Below the pieces are notes generated by a model. The model was given only the letters and a program-made list of their open reading frames with translations. It was not told the origin of the DNA and did no database searches. From contig JAUVWO010000001.1 of assembly GCA_030604065.1 (NCBI GenBank), positions 1-41,446 of the forward strand: a stretch of DNA of 41,446 bases, given 5' to 3'. Positions within the stretch are counted from its first letter, which is position 1. Every line of letters starts with the position of its first letter. This DNA is from Methanomassiliicoccales archaeon (lineage in GTDB: Archaea > Thermoplasmatota > Thermoplasmata > Methanomassiliicoccales > JAUVWO01). The translations under genes were made by a program, and so were the position numbers. Positions 28,584 through 37,873 of the stretch are shown here, one piece after another.

Positions 28584-30029
28584 TCAGGGGTCAGGGCGCA
28601 TACGCCACGAGTACACCGGTCGCTTGGCCGCCAACACCTCGTCGATCCTGCTTGCAGCTGTGTTGCTAGGCGCGGTCGCGAGAACCGACGCATTCTCATC
28701 CAAGATGGATAGCAGGACATCGGCGTAGCGGTCCAGCTCCTCCTTGCTTGCGGATTCGGTGGGCTCCACCATCATGGCCTCATCCACGATGAGTGGGAAG
28801 TACATGGTGGGCGCGTGCATGCCGAAGTCCAGGATGCGCTTGCTCACGTCCAACGCCCGGACGCCACGGTCCTTGAACGAGGCGGCAGACAGCACGAACT
28901 CGTGCTTGCGCAGCTCCTTGAAAGGTAGCTCGTATCCTTCCATGAGCCTCTTCTTCAGATAGTTGGAGTTGAGCACCGCCTGCGAGGACGCGTCCCGAAG
29001 GCCGTTGCTCCCTTGTCTCAGGATGTAGGTGTAAGCTCGAAGAAGCACCTCGAAATTGCCGTAGAACGATGCCACCTTGCCGATGCTCTGCGGTCGCTGA
29101 TAGTCCAGCCGGTAGCGGCCTTCATCCAGCATCACTCGTGGCACAGGCAGGAACGGTTCAAGCGGCGCCTTCACGCCCACCGGGCCGGCTCCTGGACCTC
29201 CGCCACCATGAGGGGTGGCGAACGTCTTGTGCAGGTTGAAGTGGACGATGTCGAAGCCCATGTCCCCAGGCGAGGCGTAGCCCATGATGGCGTTGAGATT
29301 AGCGCCATCGTAATACATCAGGCCTCCGGCATCCTGGACCATCTCGGCCATGAGATCGATCCGGGGCTCGAATATGCCCAGGGTGTTCGGGTTCGTGATC
29401 ATCATCGCCGCGGTCCGATCGCTCAATGCTGCATCCAACGCATCCAGGTCCACACAGCCATCTGGTAGGGAGGGGATCTCGACCACCTTGAATCCGGCCA
29501 TCATCGCCGAGGCTGGATTGGTTCCATGGGCGGTGTCGGGGACGATGACCTCATCACGTGGATCGTCACGCAAGGTGTGGTATGCCTTGGCGATCAGCAT
29601 GCCGGTGAATTCTCCCTGAGCCCCAGATGGCGGTTGCAGTGTCATCGCATCCACGCCGCCGATGACGCATAGCATCCTTTCCAGCTCGTGCATGATCCGC
29701 AGCGAGCCCTGCATTGAGGCCTCGTCCTGCAGCGGGTGCACCTGCGCCGCCTTCGGGTGGGCCGCCAGCCGATCGGCGTACTTGGGGTTGAACTTCATGG
29801 TGCAGCTGCCCAGTGGGTAGAGGCCATTGTCCAAGCAGTAGTTCATCTGACTCAGGTTCACGAAGTGGCGGACCACCTCGAACTCCGGGGCAGATGGCAG
29901 ATCCAGGCGATCCCGGGTCATGCCATTGGGCACCAGGTCGTCCACGCTGCCAGCGCCTAGGGCGTGGTCGCTTCCCCCGGACAGCTCGAACACGCTTTGA
30001 TGATCCCAGCGCGCCTGCCTCCATGTCAT
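28584..30029 (-). CDS. gcvPB: Glycine dehydrogenase (decarboxylating) subunit 2
   Basis: PLP-lysine motif HFNLHKTFATPHGGGGPG. The start MTWRQARWDH overlaps the gcvPA stop as ATGA. The long upstream ORF extension to 30935 is a GC artefact. Confidence 0.95.
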   Translation of the reverse strand: MTWRQARWDHQSVFELSGGSDHALGAGSVDDLVPNGMTRDRLDLPSAPEFEVVRHFVNLSQMNYCLDNGLYPLGSCTMKFNPKYADRLAAHPKAAQVHPLQDEASMQGSLRIMHELERMLCVIGGVDAMTLQPPSGAQGEFTGMLIAKAYHTLRDDPRDEVIVPDTAHGTNPASAMMAGFKVVEIPSLPDGCVDLDALDAALSDRTAAMMITNPNTLGIFEPRIDLMAEMVQDAGGLMYYDGANLNAIMGYASPGDMGFDIVHFNLHKTFATPHGGGGPGAGPVGVKAPLEPFLPVPRVMLDEGRYRLDYQRPQSIGKVASFYGNFEVLLRAYTYILRQGSNGLRDASSQAVLNSNYLKKRLMEGYELPFKELRKHEFVLSAASFKDRGVRALDVSKRILDFGMHAPTMYFPLIVDEAMMVEPTESASKEELDRYADVLLSILDENASVLATAPSNTAASRIDEVLAAKRPVYSWRMRPDP

Positions 30030-31348
30030 GCCATCCCCTCCAGCAGTTCGATCAGGTTCTCGTGGTCCGCGTCGGTCTGCACCTCGTTCACTGACAGTAT
30101 CATGCAGGAGTCGAACTCCGGGCATGTCGGTCCTAGATGCATGCCGCCTATGATGCCGTTCCTCAGCAGTAGGCGGTTCACCTTCTCCACCCTCATGGGG
30201 CAGCGCACCACGAAGGAGTCGAAGTGCTGCCCGGTGAACTCCGGAGCTTCGAAGCCGGGCACCGCGTCGACCATCTCCATCAGCCTCCGGGTGCGACGCA
30301 TGTTGGAGCGGGCCAGGGATGTCAGCCCCTCTGCGCCCATGATCGAAAGGTAGGCAGCCGCCCCCACCGCCACCAGGGCCTCGTTGGAGCAGATATTGCT
30401 GGTGGCCTTGTCGCGGCGGATATGCTGCTCCCGTGTCTGGAGGGCCATGGTGTAGGCGTCCCTGCCGTTGGAGTCCTTGGTCATGCCGATGATCCGTCCT
30501 GGCGATCGGCGGGCGTCCCTCTCCCGGCAAGCGAACAGCCCTAGCATAGGCCCGCCACAGTTCATTGGCGAGCCGAGCCATTGGGCCTCGCCGATGACCA
30601 TGTCGGCACCATAGTCCCCTGGGGGTCGGAGCACCGCCATCGACAGCGGGTCGACACCGACAACCAGCAGGGCTTCGCCAGCCATCGCCTTCAGCTCCGG
30701 TGCACGGGAGTCGATGATCCCGAAGGCGTTGGGCACCTCCACGTACACGCCGGCGACGTCGTCGCCCATCCGCCCAACGAGATCGTCCATGTCCACCTCG
30801 CCAGTGATCTGGTCGTAGCCGTATTCTCCCACGGTCATGCCTGTTCCTAGAACGTAATTGTTCAGCACCGACCGCTTCTGCGGGCTCATGGCCCTTGGCA
30901 CTAGGAAGCGCTTCCTGCGGTTGATCCGCATGCACATTCTCGCCGCCTCGCCCAGCGCCGTGGTCCAGTCGTACATGGAGGAGTTCACGACATCCAGGCC
31001 CACCAGTTCGGCCATCAGGCTCTGGTACTCGAACAGTGCCTGCAGCATCCCCTGCGACATTTCCGGCTGGTACGGTGTGTAGGCGGTCCGGAACTCGGTG
31101 CGCGACACGATCTCCTCAACCGCCGCCGGGACATAGTGCTGGCGACAGTCACCGCCAAGGAAGCAAGGCATGTCGACGGCCGATCGATTCAAGGAAAGTA
31201 TCGCGTCCACATGCCGGCAGACCTCCTGTTCGGACATCCCAAGCGGAAGATCGAACTGTTCCAGCCTAAGGTGTTCGGGCACGTCGGCGAACAGATCCTC
31301 TACCGATTCCAGGCCAAGGTAGTTCAACATGCGACGGTCCAGGGACAT
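30026..31348 (-). CDS. gcvPA: Glycine dehydrogenase (decarboxylating) subunit 1
   Basis: FLGGDCRQHYVPAAV..., TAYTPYQPEMSQGMLQALFEYQ is typical of the P-protein N-terminal half. The start was chosen at MSLDRRMLNYLGL. Confidence 0.9.
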   Translation of the reverse strand: MSLDRRMLNYLGLESVEDLFADVPEHLRLEQFDLPLGMSEQEVCRHVDAILSLNRSAVDMPCFLGGDCRQHYVPAAVEEIVSRTEFRTAYTPYQPEMSQGMLQALFEYQSLMAELVGLDVVNSSMYDWTTALGEAARMCMRINRRKRFLVPRAMSPQKRSVLNNYVLGTGMTVGEYGYDQITGEVDMDDLVGRMGDDVAGVYVEVPNAFGIIDSRAPELKAMAGEALLVVGVDPLSMAVLRPPGDYGADMVIGEAQWLGSPMNCGGPMLGLFACRERDARRSPGRIIGMTKDSNGRDAYTMALQTREQHIRRDKATSNICSNEALVAVGAAAYLSIMGAEGLTSLARSNMRRTRRLMEMVDAVPGFEAPEFTGQHFDSFVVRCPMRVEKVNRLLLRNGIIGGMHLGPTCPEFDSCMILSVNEVQTDADHENLIELLEGMA

Positions 31349-31382
31349 ATGGATGGCTATGGTCGAGGGGGTAGAAATATTT

Positions 31383-31838
31383 TCATGGCCGATCTTCTGC
31401 CCTGTTCTTCCTTGGCATCCGTATCGGAGTGCCCCTTTGACGGTGCACGTTGGCCACCAATCGCGAGTACAGCGCTGGCAGCGATTGCACATCCTTGACC
31501 TCGGTGCGCACCAGCATGACGATGCGTCGCCGGTATTCGATATCGTAGGGGACCTGATTGGCGTCCATCGACTCGCGCAGGCGACGGGCGATCTGGCCCC
31601 CGGTACGGTCCCAGTCGGTCAGCACGACCGCCCGCTTGCTCTCGCTGGCCAGTCGTTCCCCTACGGAGAACAAAGTGCCCTGCCCCTGGACCTGCCATAT
31701 CTCCCCGTACACGCCCAGCAGGTTCAGCGCTCCACGGTCGCGTATGCCCTCCACCAATATGACAACGTCGGGGTCTCGGGCGGACAGCTCATCCATGATC
31801 TCCTCCAGCTTCTCCAAGGCGGCCTCGGGGTGGATCAT
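31383..31838 (-). CDS. Small Toprim-domain protein
   Basis: A conserved Glu (VVILVEGIRD) and DxD (VVLTDWDRTG) define a Toprim fold. Its start overlaps the DUF167 stop as ATGA. Confidence 0.7.
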   Translation of the reverse strand: MIHPEAALEKLEEIMDELSARDPDVVILVEGIRDRGALNLLGVYGEIWQVQGQGTLFSVGERLASESKRAVVLTDWDRTGGQIARRLRESMDANQVPYDIEYRRRIVMLVRTEVKDVQSLPALYSRLVANVHRQRGTPIRMPRKNRAEDRP

Positions 31839-32131
31839 CCATGCACCTCCAGCATCTTGGCCACCTTTTCTGGCGGCAGCGGCACGAATACCGTTTTCTG
31901 TCTCGAGGTATGACCGCGAACCACCTCGGTCGGAGCCGACACGATGCCGGTCATGAGCTTGCATATCTCGTTATTGGCGCGCCCTTTGGACGGCGGCGCA
32001 GTGACCTTGACCACCAGCCGGTGTCGCCACGGGTTCACTCCCTCGATGCCGGCCCGTCCGGCTTTGGGCGACACCATCAGATCGATCTCGGTGCCGCCCT
32101 CCACGGCATGCAAGGTCTCGCTCGCGTCCAC
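31835..32131 (-). CDS. DUF167 (YggU-like) protein
   Basis: This 98-aa protein has LVVKVTAPPSKGRANNEICKLM...VRGHTSRQKTVFV, which matches the YggU family pattern. Confidence 0.75.
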   Translation of the reverse strand: MDASETLHAVEGGTEIDLMVSPKAGRAGIEGVNPWRHRLVVKVTAPPSKGRANNEICKLMTGIVSAPTEVVRGHTSRQKTVFVPLPPEKVAKMLEVHG

Positions 32132-32227
32132 GGCAGCATGATGGTGTATGGATTAATGGATGTTGTCCCGGTCGGCAAGTCCAAATACGCACTAGGGGAT
32201 TCTCATGGCGTGGACGATGCGGAGCAG

Positions 32228-32968
32228 ATGACGTTCGATGACCTGACCAAGGCTTACAGGGAGGAGAACCGCTCTCCCCGATTGTCCGAGCTCAGGCACG
32301 ACTTTCACCCTGCTCTGAGGGATCTGCTCCAACGCATTACCGAGGACTATGAGATGGAGTTCCAGAGAGAGCCGTTCTCCATCCTGGCCCAGGGATTGAA
32401 CGATCAGAGGGCCAAGATACTGCGCTATGCACAGATGACCATCTATCTGCGGCTGAAGAAGATAGTGATCATGGCGTTGATGAAGGCCATGGGCGGGGCT
32501 GCGGACAAGGAACGCTTTCTTCCAGAGGAGCGGGACTTCTTCACGGCCAGTCTGGAGATCACCGAGGGGCAGCGGCAGGCCCTGATGCTGCGGTCAAGCC
32601 CCCGTCTCACAGCGGCGACTCCGGCGGAGGAGCGATCCAACGACGCCCCCGGATCGGAGGCGCAACCGCTGGACATCGAACCGATACCAGATGCGCCAAG
32701 ATCGATCGATGAGCCCGAGTCAGTGCCTATGGTGATAGAGACGCTCATAGAGGAGACCGAACCAGCACCGGAGCCGGTGATGGAGGTCCCCGACCTGCCG
32801 GAACGCTCGGCCGATTACATCATCGTCCGGGTGCTCGAAGAGATACCGCCGTTCGCTGGGCCAGAACGCAACTACCGCCTGCGCAAGGAGGACGTGGTCA
32901 CACTGCCTCACGTTATCGGTCAAGCACTAGTGGCAAAGGGCATGGCTCAGGAGATCAGGCCGCACTAG
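32228..32968 (+). CDS. GINS subunit, Gins51-like (A domain, long acidic linker, B domain)
   Basis: The N-terminal helical A-domain pattern is L..L..DFHPALRDLLQRI. The C-terminal B-domain-like sequence is IIVRVLEEIPPFAGPERNYRLRKEDVVTLPHVIGQALVAKGMAQEI. The start is uncertain, with in-frame ATGs at 32138, 32156 and 32228. Confidence 0.6.
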   Translation: MTFDDLTKAYREENRSPRLSELRHDFHPALRDLLQRITEDYEMEFQREPFSILAQGLNDQRAKILRYAQMTIYLRLKKIVIMALMKAMGGAADKERFLPEERDFFTASLEITEGQRQALMLRSSPRLTAATPAEERSNDAPGSEAQPLDIEPIPDAPRSIDEPESVPMVIETLIEETEPAPEPVMEVPDLPERSADYIIVRVLEEIPPFAGPERNYRLRKEDVVTLPHVIGQALVAKGMAQEIRPH

Positions 32969-33837
32969 CGTTCCTTGCACTTGCGATCTATCACTTCAGT
33001 GATGAATTTGCAGATGTCATCGCCATAGCGGGGATCGGCGACCGCGAACTCGATCTGGGTCTTCAGCCAACCCGTCACATCGCCCACGTCGTAACGATGT
33101 CCCTCGAACTCGTAAGCGTAAACGTCCTCCTGCTGGGCCAGCTCGTTGAGCGCATCGGTGAGCTGGATCTCTCCATGCTTTCCAGGTGCGGTACTCTTCA
33201 GCAGCTTGAATATCGTTGGCGACAGCACATAGGTGCCTGTGATGGCGATGTCGGAGGGCGCTTCCTCGATGGACGGCTTCTCCACTAGGGAGTCCACCTT
33301 GATCAGACCGTTCCCGACCATCCGGCCGGATACGATGCCGTATTGCGACACACGGTCCTGGCCCACACGCTCCACTCCTATGACCGATCCACCGGTGCGC
33401 TCGTGCACGTCCATCAGCTGCTTCAGCACCGGCACCGGTGACACCGTGATGTTGTCCCCTAGCATCACGGCGAAGAACTCATTGCCGACATGATCGCGTC
33501 CCAGGCCGACGGCGTCTCCGAGCCCCTTGGGTGAATTCTGTCTGATGAAATGGAAGCTGGCCATGTCCGGGATCTTGGTGATGAGGGGCAGCAACGCTCG
33601 CTTTCCGTTGATGCTGAGATGATTCTCCAACTCCCATGAACGATCGAAGTAGTCCTCGATGATATGCTTTCCTTTGCCGATGACGATCAGGATATCGTCC
33701 ACGCCGGACTCCACCGCCTCCTCCACCACGTAATGGATGGTGGGCCGGTCGATGATGGGCATCATCTCCTTCGGTGAGGCCTTGGTCAGCGGCAGGAACC
33801 TGGTCCCCAACCCTGCAGCTGGAATAACTACCTTCAA
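32965..33837 (-). CDS. galU: UTP-glucose-1-phosphate uridylyltransferase
   Basis: KVVIPAAGLGTRFLPLTKASPKEMMPI...VEKP motif, with an apparent TTG start. Confidence 0.9.
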   Translation of the reverse strand: MKVVIPAAGLGTRFLPLTKASPKEMMPIIDRPTIHYVVEEAVESGVDDILIVIGKGKHIIEDYFDRSWELENHLSINGKRALLPLITKIPDMASFHFIRQNSPKGLGDAVGLGRDHVGNEFFAVMLGDNITVSPVPVLKQLMDVHERTGGSVIGVERVGQDRVSQYGIVSGRMVGNGLIKVDSLVEKPSIEEAPSDIAITGTYVLSPTIFKLLKSTAPGKHGEIQLTDALNELAQQEDVYAYEFEGHRYDVGDVTGWLKTQIEFAVADPRYGDDICKFITEVIDRKCKER

Positions 33838-33905
33838 ATGTGCACCCCTGATTATGGATGGATGGGGTTCAGGTATTTAAATGGAATCGGACCGTTATCA
33901 GCGGG

Positions 33906-34667
33906 TCACACACGTAGGCTGCGACAGTCGCCTAGGCACTCCAGGCAGTCCAGCTGCCTTTCGGGGATGCTGGCCTTCTCGGCCACGGTCCGCACCGCCA
34001 CCTCGGGCATGTTGTTGTTCTTGCTCAGGTGGCCTAGGAACACCTTCCTATGGGGGCGCGAGGTCTCCTTCAGCGCCCTGGCGCAATCATTGTTGGACAG
34101 ATGGCCCTCATCGCTGCGGATCCACTGTTTCAAGAAGAAGGGGTAAGGGCCGCTCTCCAGCATCTCTGGATCGTAATTGGATTCGATCACCACCAGATCG
34201 GCGCGGGGCAGCCATTCCTGGATGCTCCAGGTAACGGTACCCGTGTCGGTGGCCATCAGGAAGCATCGGCCGCCGTACTCCAGGGCGTAGGCGTTGGGTT
34301 CCGCCGCCCTATGGGAGGTGCGCAGCGGCTGCACACTCACTTCCTTGATGGTGAACGGCTTCAACGACGAGAATGTCTCCTTGCGCTCCACCTTGCCCAG
34401 CTTGGAGTTCATCAAGGTGGCGTTGTTGGCGTGCACTGGCACCTTGAACCGGCGGGAGATGACCCCGGCGCCGCGTACGTGGTCCTGATGCTCGTGCGTC
34501 AGCAGGATGGCATCCAGGTCCTTGGGATCCACACCGACCCGGTCCATCTGGGCCACCAGTTTCTTCCCGGACAGTCCAGCGTCGATCATGATGACCGTGT
34601 CTCCGGCGCATACCACGGTGCAGTTGCCGTCGCTGCCCGACGCTAGTACGTGAACCTCGAAGCTCAA
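33906..34667 (-). CDS. MBL-fold metallo-hydrolase
   Basis: The HEHQDH metal-binding motif follows LASGSDGNCTVV. It has an apparent TTG start. Confidence 0.8.
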   Translation of the reverse strand: MSFEVHVLASGSDGNCTVVCAGDTVIMIDAGLSGKKLVAQMDRVGVDPKDLDAILLTHEHQDHVRGAGVISRRFKVPVHANNATLMNSKLGKVERKETFSSLKPFTIKEVSVQPLRTSHRAAEPNAYALEYGGRCFLMATDTGTVTWSIQEWLPRADLVVIESNYDPEMLESGPYPFFLKQWIRSDEGHLSNNDCARALKETSRPHRKVFLGHLSKNNNMPEVAVRTVAEKASIPERQLDCLECLGDCRSLRV

Positions 34668-34748
34668 TCCTGCCCTCTCTAATCAGGAATCGGGCGCTTT
34701 GATAAATAGATTGAGCCTCCCCCGCCAAGTATTATCTATTCCCGAGTC

Positions 34749-35801
34749 ATGGATGTCGGCATGGAGGGAATGACCCTTCTCGTCACTGGCGGGGCTGGAT
34801 TCATAGGCAGCAACTTCGTGCACCATTTGCTGGAGAGGTATAGCGACATAGCCGTGATCGACCTGGACATGCTCACGTACGCGGTCAACCTGGCCAATCT
34901 ATCAGATCTGGAGGCCGATCCCAGGCACACATTCGTTCGCGGGGACATATGCGACCGGAAGATGGTGGACCGGCTCTTCCAGGAACATCGTCCGGACATG
35001 GTGATCAACTTCGCCGCCGAGTCCCATGTGGATCGATCCATACTGGAACCGGATGTGTTCGTACGCACGAACGTGCTTGGGGCGCAGTGTCTGCTGGGTG
35101 CCGCCCGCGAGCACGAAGTGGAACGCTTTCTGCAGGTCTCGACCGACGAGGTCTATGGTTCATTGGGTCCGGAGGGCCTGTTCACCGAGGATACGCCGAT
35201 CGACCCCTCCAGTCCATACTCGGCTAGCAAGGCAGGGGCCGACCTGCTAGCCTTGGCCTACAACCGCACCTTCGGGTCCCCTGTGCTGATCACTCGCTGC
35301 TCAAACAACTACGGACCGTACCAGTTCCCGGAGAAGCTGATACCGGTGATAATCATGAATTGCCTCGAGGGGCGGCCGATCCCGGTGTACGGCGATGGCA
35401 TGAATGTGCGCGATTGGCTGTACGTCGGGGATCACTGCTCCGCCATCTGCCGGGTGCTAAAGCGCGGCCGTCCGGGCGAGGTGTACAACGTTGGAGGCAA
35501 CAATGAATGCACCAATATCGACATGGTGCGGACCATCATCCGCATCATGGCCGACCGACTGCCGGATGCGGGGATCGATGAGTCGCTGATAAGCTTCGTC
35601 GCCGACCGCAAGGGGCACGACCGCCGTTACGCCATAGACGCGTCCAAGATCGCCTCCGACCTCGGCTGGGAGCCGACCACAAGCTTCGAGAGGGGCATGG
35701 CCGAGACCGTGGACTGGTCTCTCGAGAACAGGGGATGGATGGACTCCGTGATAAGCAAGGACTATCTGAACTACTACGACCGGAACTACAGCCAGCGATG
35801 A
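34749..35801 (+). CDS. rfbB: dTDP-glucose 4,6-dehydratase
   Basis: LVTGGAGFIGSNF, YSASKAGADLL, and strong RmlB similarity throughout. The true start may be the ATG at 34770. Confidence 0.95.
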   Translation: MDVGMEGMTLLVTGGAGFIGSNFVHHLLERYSDIAVIDLDMLTYAVNLANLSDLEADPRHTFVRGDICDRKMVDRLFQEHRPDMVINFAAESHVDRSILEPDVFVRTNVLGAQCLLGAAREHEVERFLQVSTDEVYGSLGPEGLFTEDTPIDPSSPYSASKAGADLLALAYNRTFGSPVLITRCSNNYGPYQFPEKLIPVIIMNCLEGRPIPVYGDGMNVRDWLYVGDHCSAICRVLKRGRPGEVYNVGGNNECTNIDMVRTIIRIMADRLPDAGIDESLISFVADRKGHDRRYAIDASKIASDLGWEPTTSFERGMAETVDWSLENRGWMDSVISKDYLNYYDRNYSQR

Positions 35802-36293
35802 TCAATCGCTGGCCCTTTTGTTCCGGTACATGGACCAGATGATGTCGCCCCGGGAAACGATACCGACAAGGCGCCCTTTCTCCAGCACGGGTATCCGGTT
35901 GACCTGATGCTTGGACATGGCCTCGATCGCCACCATGATATTGGCGTCTGGACCTACGTTCACCACGGCCAGGGTCATGATGTCGCCGACCTTGACATTG
36001 GATATCTCCTCATAGGCCTTGAGGAACTCCTTGTCATCGACCAGCTCGTCGAACGGGACGGTCAGGAATGTGATGTAGGGATGCTTGACCTGGATCCGCT
36101 CTTGGAAACCCTTCACGTATTCGAGGATGTCGGTCTCGCTGAGGATCCCGACCAAAATTCCGTTCTCATCGACCACCGGCGCTCCGGAGATGCCGTCCAG
36201 GGCGAAGGTCACAGCCGCTTCCTTCAAGGTATCGCTCTGCTTCAAGGTCACGACTGACGAGGTCATCACGTCACGGATCCTGAGGTCGTCCAT
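35802..36293 (-). CDS. CBS-domain pair protein
   Basis: Two CBS repeats (IRDVMTSSVVTL...GAPVVDENG; VGDIMT...VNRIPVLEKGRLVGIVSRGDI). Confidence 0.85.
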   Translation of the reverse strand: MDDLRIRDVMTSSVVTLKQSDTLKEAAVTFALDGISGAPVVDENGILVGILSETDILEYVKGFQERIQVKHPYITFLTVPFDELVDDKEFLKAYEEISNVKVGDIMTLAVVNVGPDANIMVAIEAMSKHQVNRIPVLEKGRLVGIVSRGDIIWSMYRNKRASD

Positions 36294-36401
36294 GGGTGTT
36301 CACAAGACCCTACTTCGATTTAAGGGATTTGGTCTCCAAGGAGAACATGATTTTATACCCCTATTTTGTTGGGACAAGGGTCCATAACGTTTGGGGATAC
36401 C

Positions 36402-37847
36402 ATGAGCTTCAAGGCGATGATACGTGACATGGGGTATTACACCCTCGCCAAGGTGGTCATGGTCGTCTGCAGCTTCATAGCTCTGCCCATCATAACCAAG
36501 GAGCTAGGAGCCACCGAATACGGGATATGGAGCCAGCTCTTCACAACCATCACCCTGCTGTCCCCCATAGCGGCCATGGGCCTGCCTTCGTCGCTGCTCC
36601 GCTTCTTCTCCCATGTGAAGGACAGGTCGGAGCTCTGCCGAGGATTCTCCACCGTATTCGTGACAGTGGCGTTGGGTTGCATCGTCATCGGTTCCATCGT
36701 ATGGCTGGTGGCCACTCCATTCGCCACGATCGTGCTGGGCAACCCGAATTTTGCAACATATATTCAGTATACGGTCATACTCCTTGTTCCCACAGTCCTG
36801 AACGGCATCAACGTTATGCTGTTACGGGCCACCGACCGGATCAAGCAGTATTCATTGCTCGTGATGCTGCAATCCATTCTGGTGCTATTATCGGTCGTGA
36901 TATTGCTCTATAGAGGTAATGGGCTGTGGGGGGTACTGATCGGCAACATAGTTGGTCAGACCGTTTTCTTCCTGCTTTCCTTCACCGTCATCGTAGGCCA
37001 TATAAGCTTCTGTAGGCCCGATTTCCACAGGCTGCCCGAGTTCCTCAAGTTCGGTCTGCCCCTGATGCCTGGCTCTGTGGTGGGATGGGTGACGGAGCTG
37101 AGTGACAGATATCTGGTGGGGATCCTCTTGGGGATGAGTTGGGCTGGGATATACGCCGCAGCATACTCCACCGCATCCGTGCTGGACAACATGATCTTCA
37201 TAATTCAGGTGACCTTATTGCCGACCCTGACCCGGATACGGGAGTCTGGGGACATAGGGAAGATCAACCATTACCTCTCGATCACCTATCGCTACTACTT
37301 GCTTCTAATAATTCCTGCCGTGATCGGTGTAACGATTCTAGCAGAGCCCTTGCTGTTGATACTGACCACGGAGGAGTTTGCGATAGGTGCTAGCATCGTG
37401 GGTGTCATTGCCATTGGCATCATGTTCAACGGGCTTGGGCAGATAACATCGAATGTCGCGTTCATCGAGAGGAAGACACGTGTGATACTCATGGCCCAGG
37501 CCGTTGGTGCAATATTCAATCTATCGCTCAACCTCCTCCTTATCCCTATGATTGGTATAATGGGAGCTGCGATATCCACGCTGCTTGCCTACGGCCTGAT
37601 GCTGATGGTGTACAGTCGCTATGCTAGATCGCTCGTGGATATATCCCCTGATTGGATATTCATGTTCAAGTGCATCCTCTCCGCAGCCATAATGGGGTTG
37701 GCAGTTTACTTGTTGAGCCCGTCCGGTCTGCTGCAGGTCGCACTCACCGTGGTGCTGGGTGCCGTATTGTATATGTTGCTCATGCTCGCCAGTGGAGGGA
37801 TCGAGCGAAATGAGATGAAAAAGGCTCTGATGCTTACCAGACGTTGA
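36402..37847 (+). CDS. Polysaccharide/oligosaccharide flippase (MOP/Wzx family)
   Basis: About 480 aa with at least 12 predicted TM helices and PST-family organisation. A TTTTATA box sits at 36351-36357. ATG 36402 is preferred to the TTG at 36366. Confidence 0.8.
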   Translation: MSFKAMIRDMGYYTLAKVVMVVCSFIALPIITKELGATEYGIWSQLFTTITLLSPIAAMGLPSSLLRFFSHVKDRSELCRGFSTVFVTVALGCIVIGSIVWLVATPFATIVLGNPNFATYIQYTVILLVPTVLNGINVMLLRATDRIKQYSLLVMLQSILVLLSVVILLYRGNGLWGVLIGNIVGQTVFFLLSFTVIVGHISFCRPDFHRLPEFLKFGLPLMPGSVVGWVTELSDRYLVGILLGMSWAGIYAAAYSTASVLDNMIFIIQVTLLPTLTRIRESGDIGKINHYLSITYRYYLLLIIPAVIGVTILAEPLLLILTTEEFAIGASIVGVIAIGIMFNGLGQITSNVAFIERKTRVILMAQAVGAIFNLSLNLLLIPMIGIMGAAISTLLAYGLMLMVYSRYARSLVDISPDWIFMFKCILSAAIMGLAVYLLSPSGLLQVALTVVLGAVLYMLLMLASGGIERNEMKKALMLTRR

Positions 37848-37873
37848 AATATTGATTGCGCGGATAAGGTTGC

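Noticed and set aside
30030-30935. A 783-aa ORF that would extend gcvPB about 300 codons upstream through gcvPA.
   Set aside because: The extension overlaps gcvPA in another frame and is low-complexity (Arg/Gly/Pro). The conserved GcvPB sequence begins at MTWRQARWDH, with a typical ATGA overlap. The same reasoning trimmed purL, prs, tmk, the Toprim gene, GINS and the PIN gene.
31383-31838. The Toprim protein could be part of an OLD/Gabija-like defence module.
   Set aside because: It is only about 150 aa with no ATPase domain or partner. It is embedded in a housekeeping operon and matches the small stand-alone archaeal Toprim proteins.
33835-33837. Several genes appear to start at TTG: galU at 33837, the MBL hydrolase at 34667, the DUF357 gene at 25515, the flippase at 4295 and trmI at 20931.
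   Set aside because: TTG and GTG starts are normal in archaea. In each case the N-terminus aligns with the expected family start, so this is not evidence of anything unusual.
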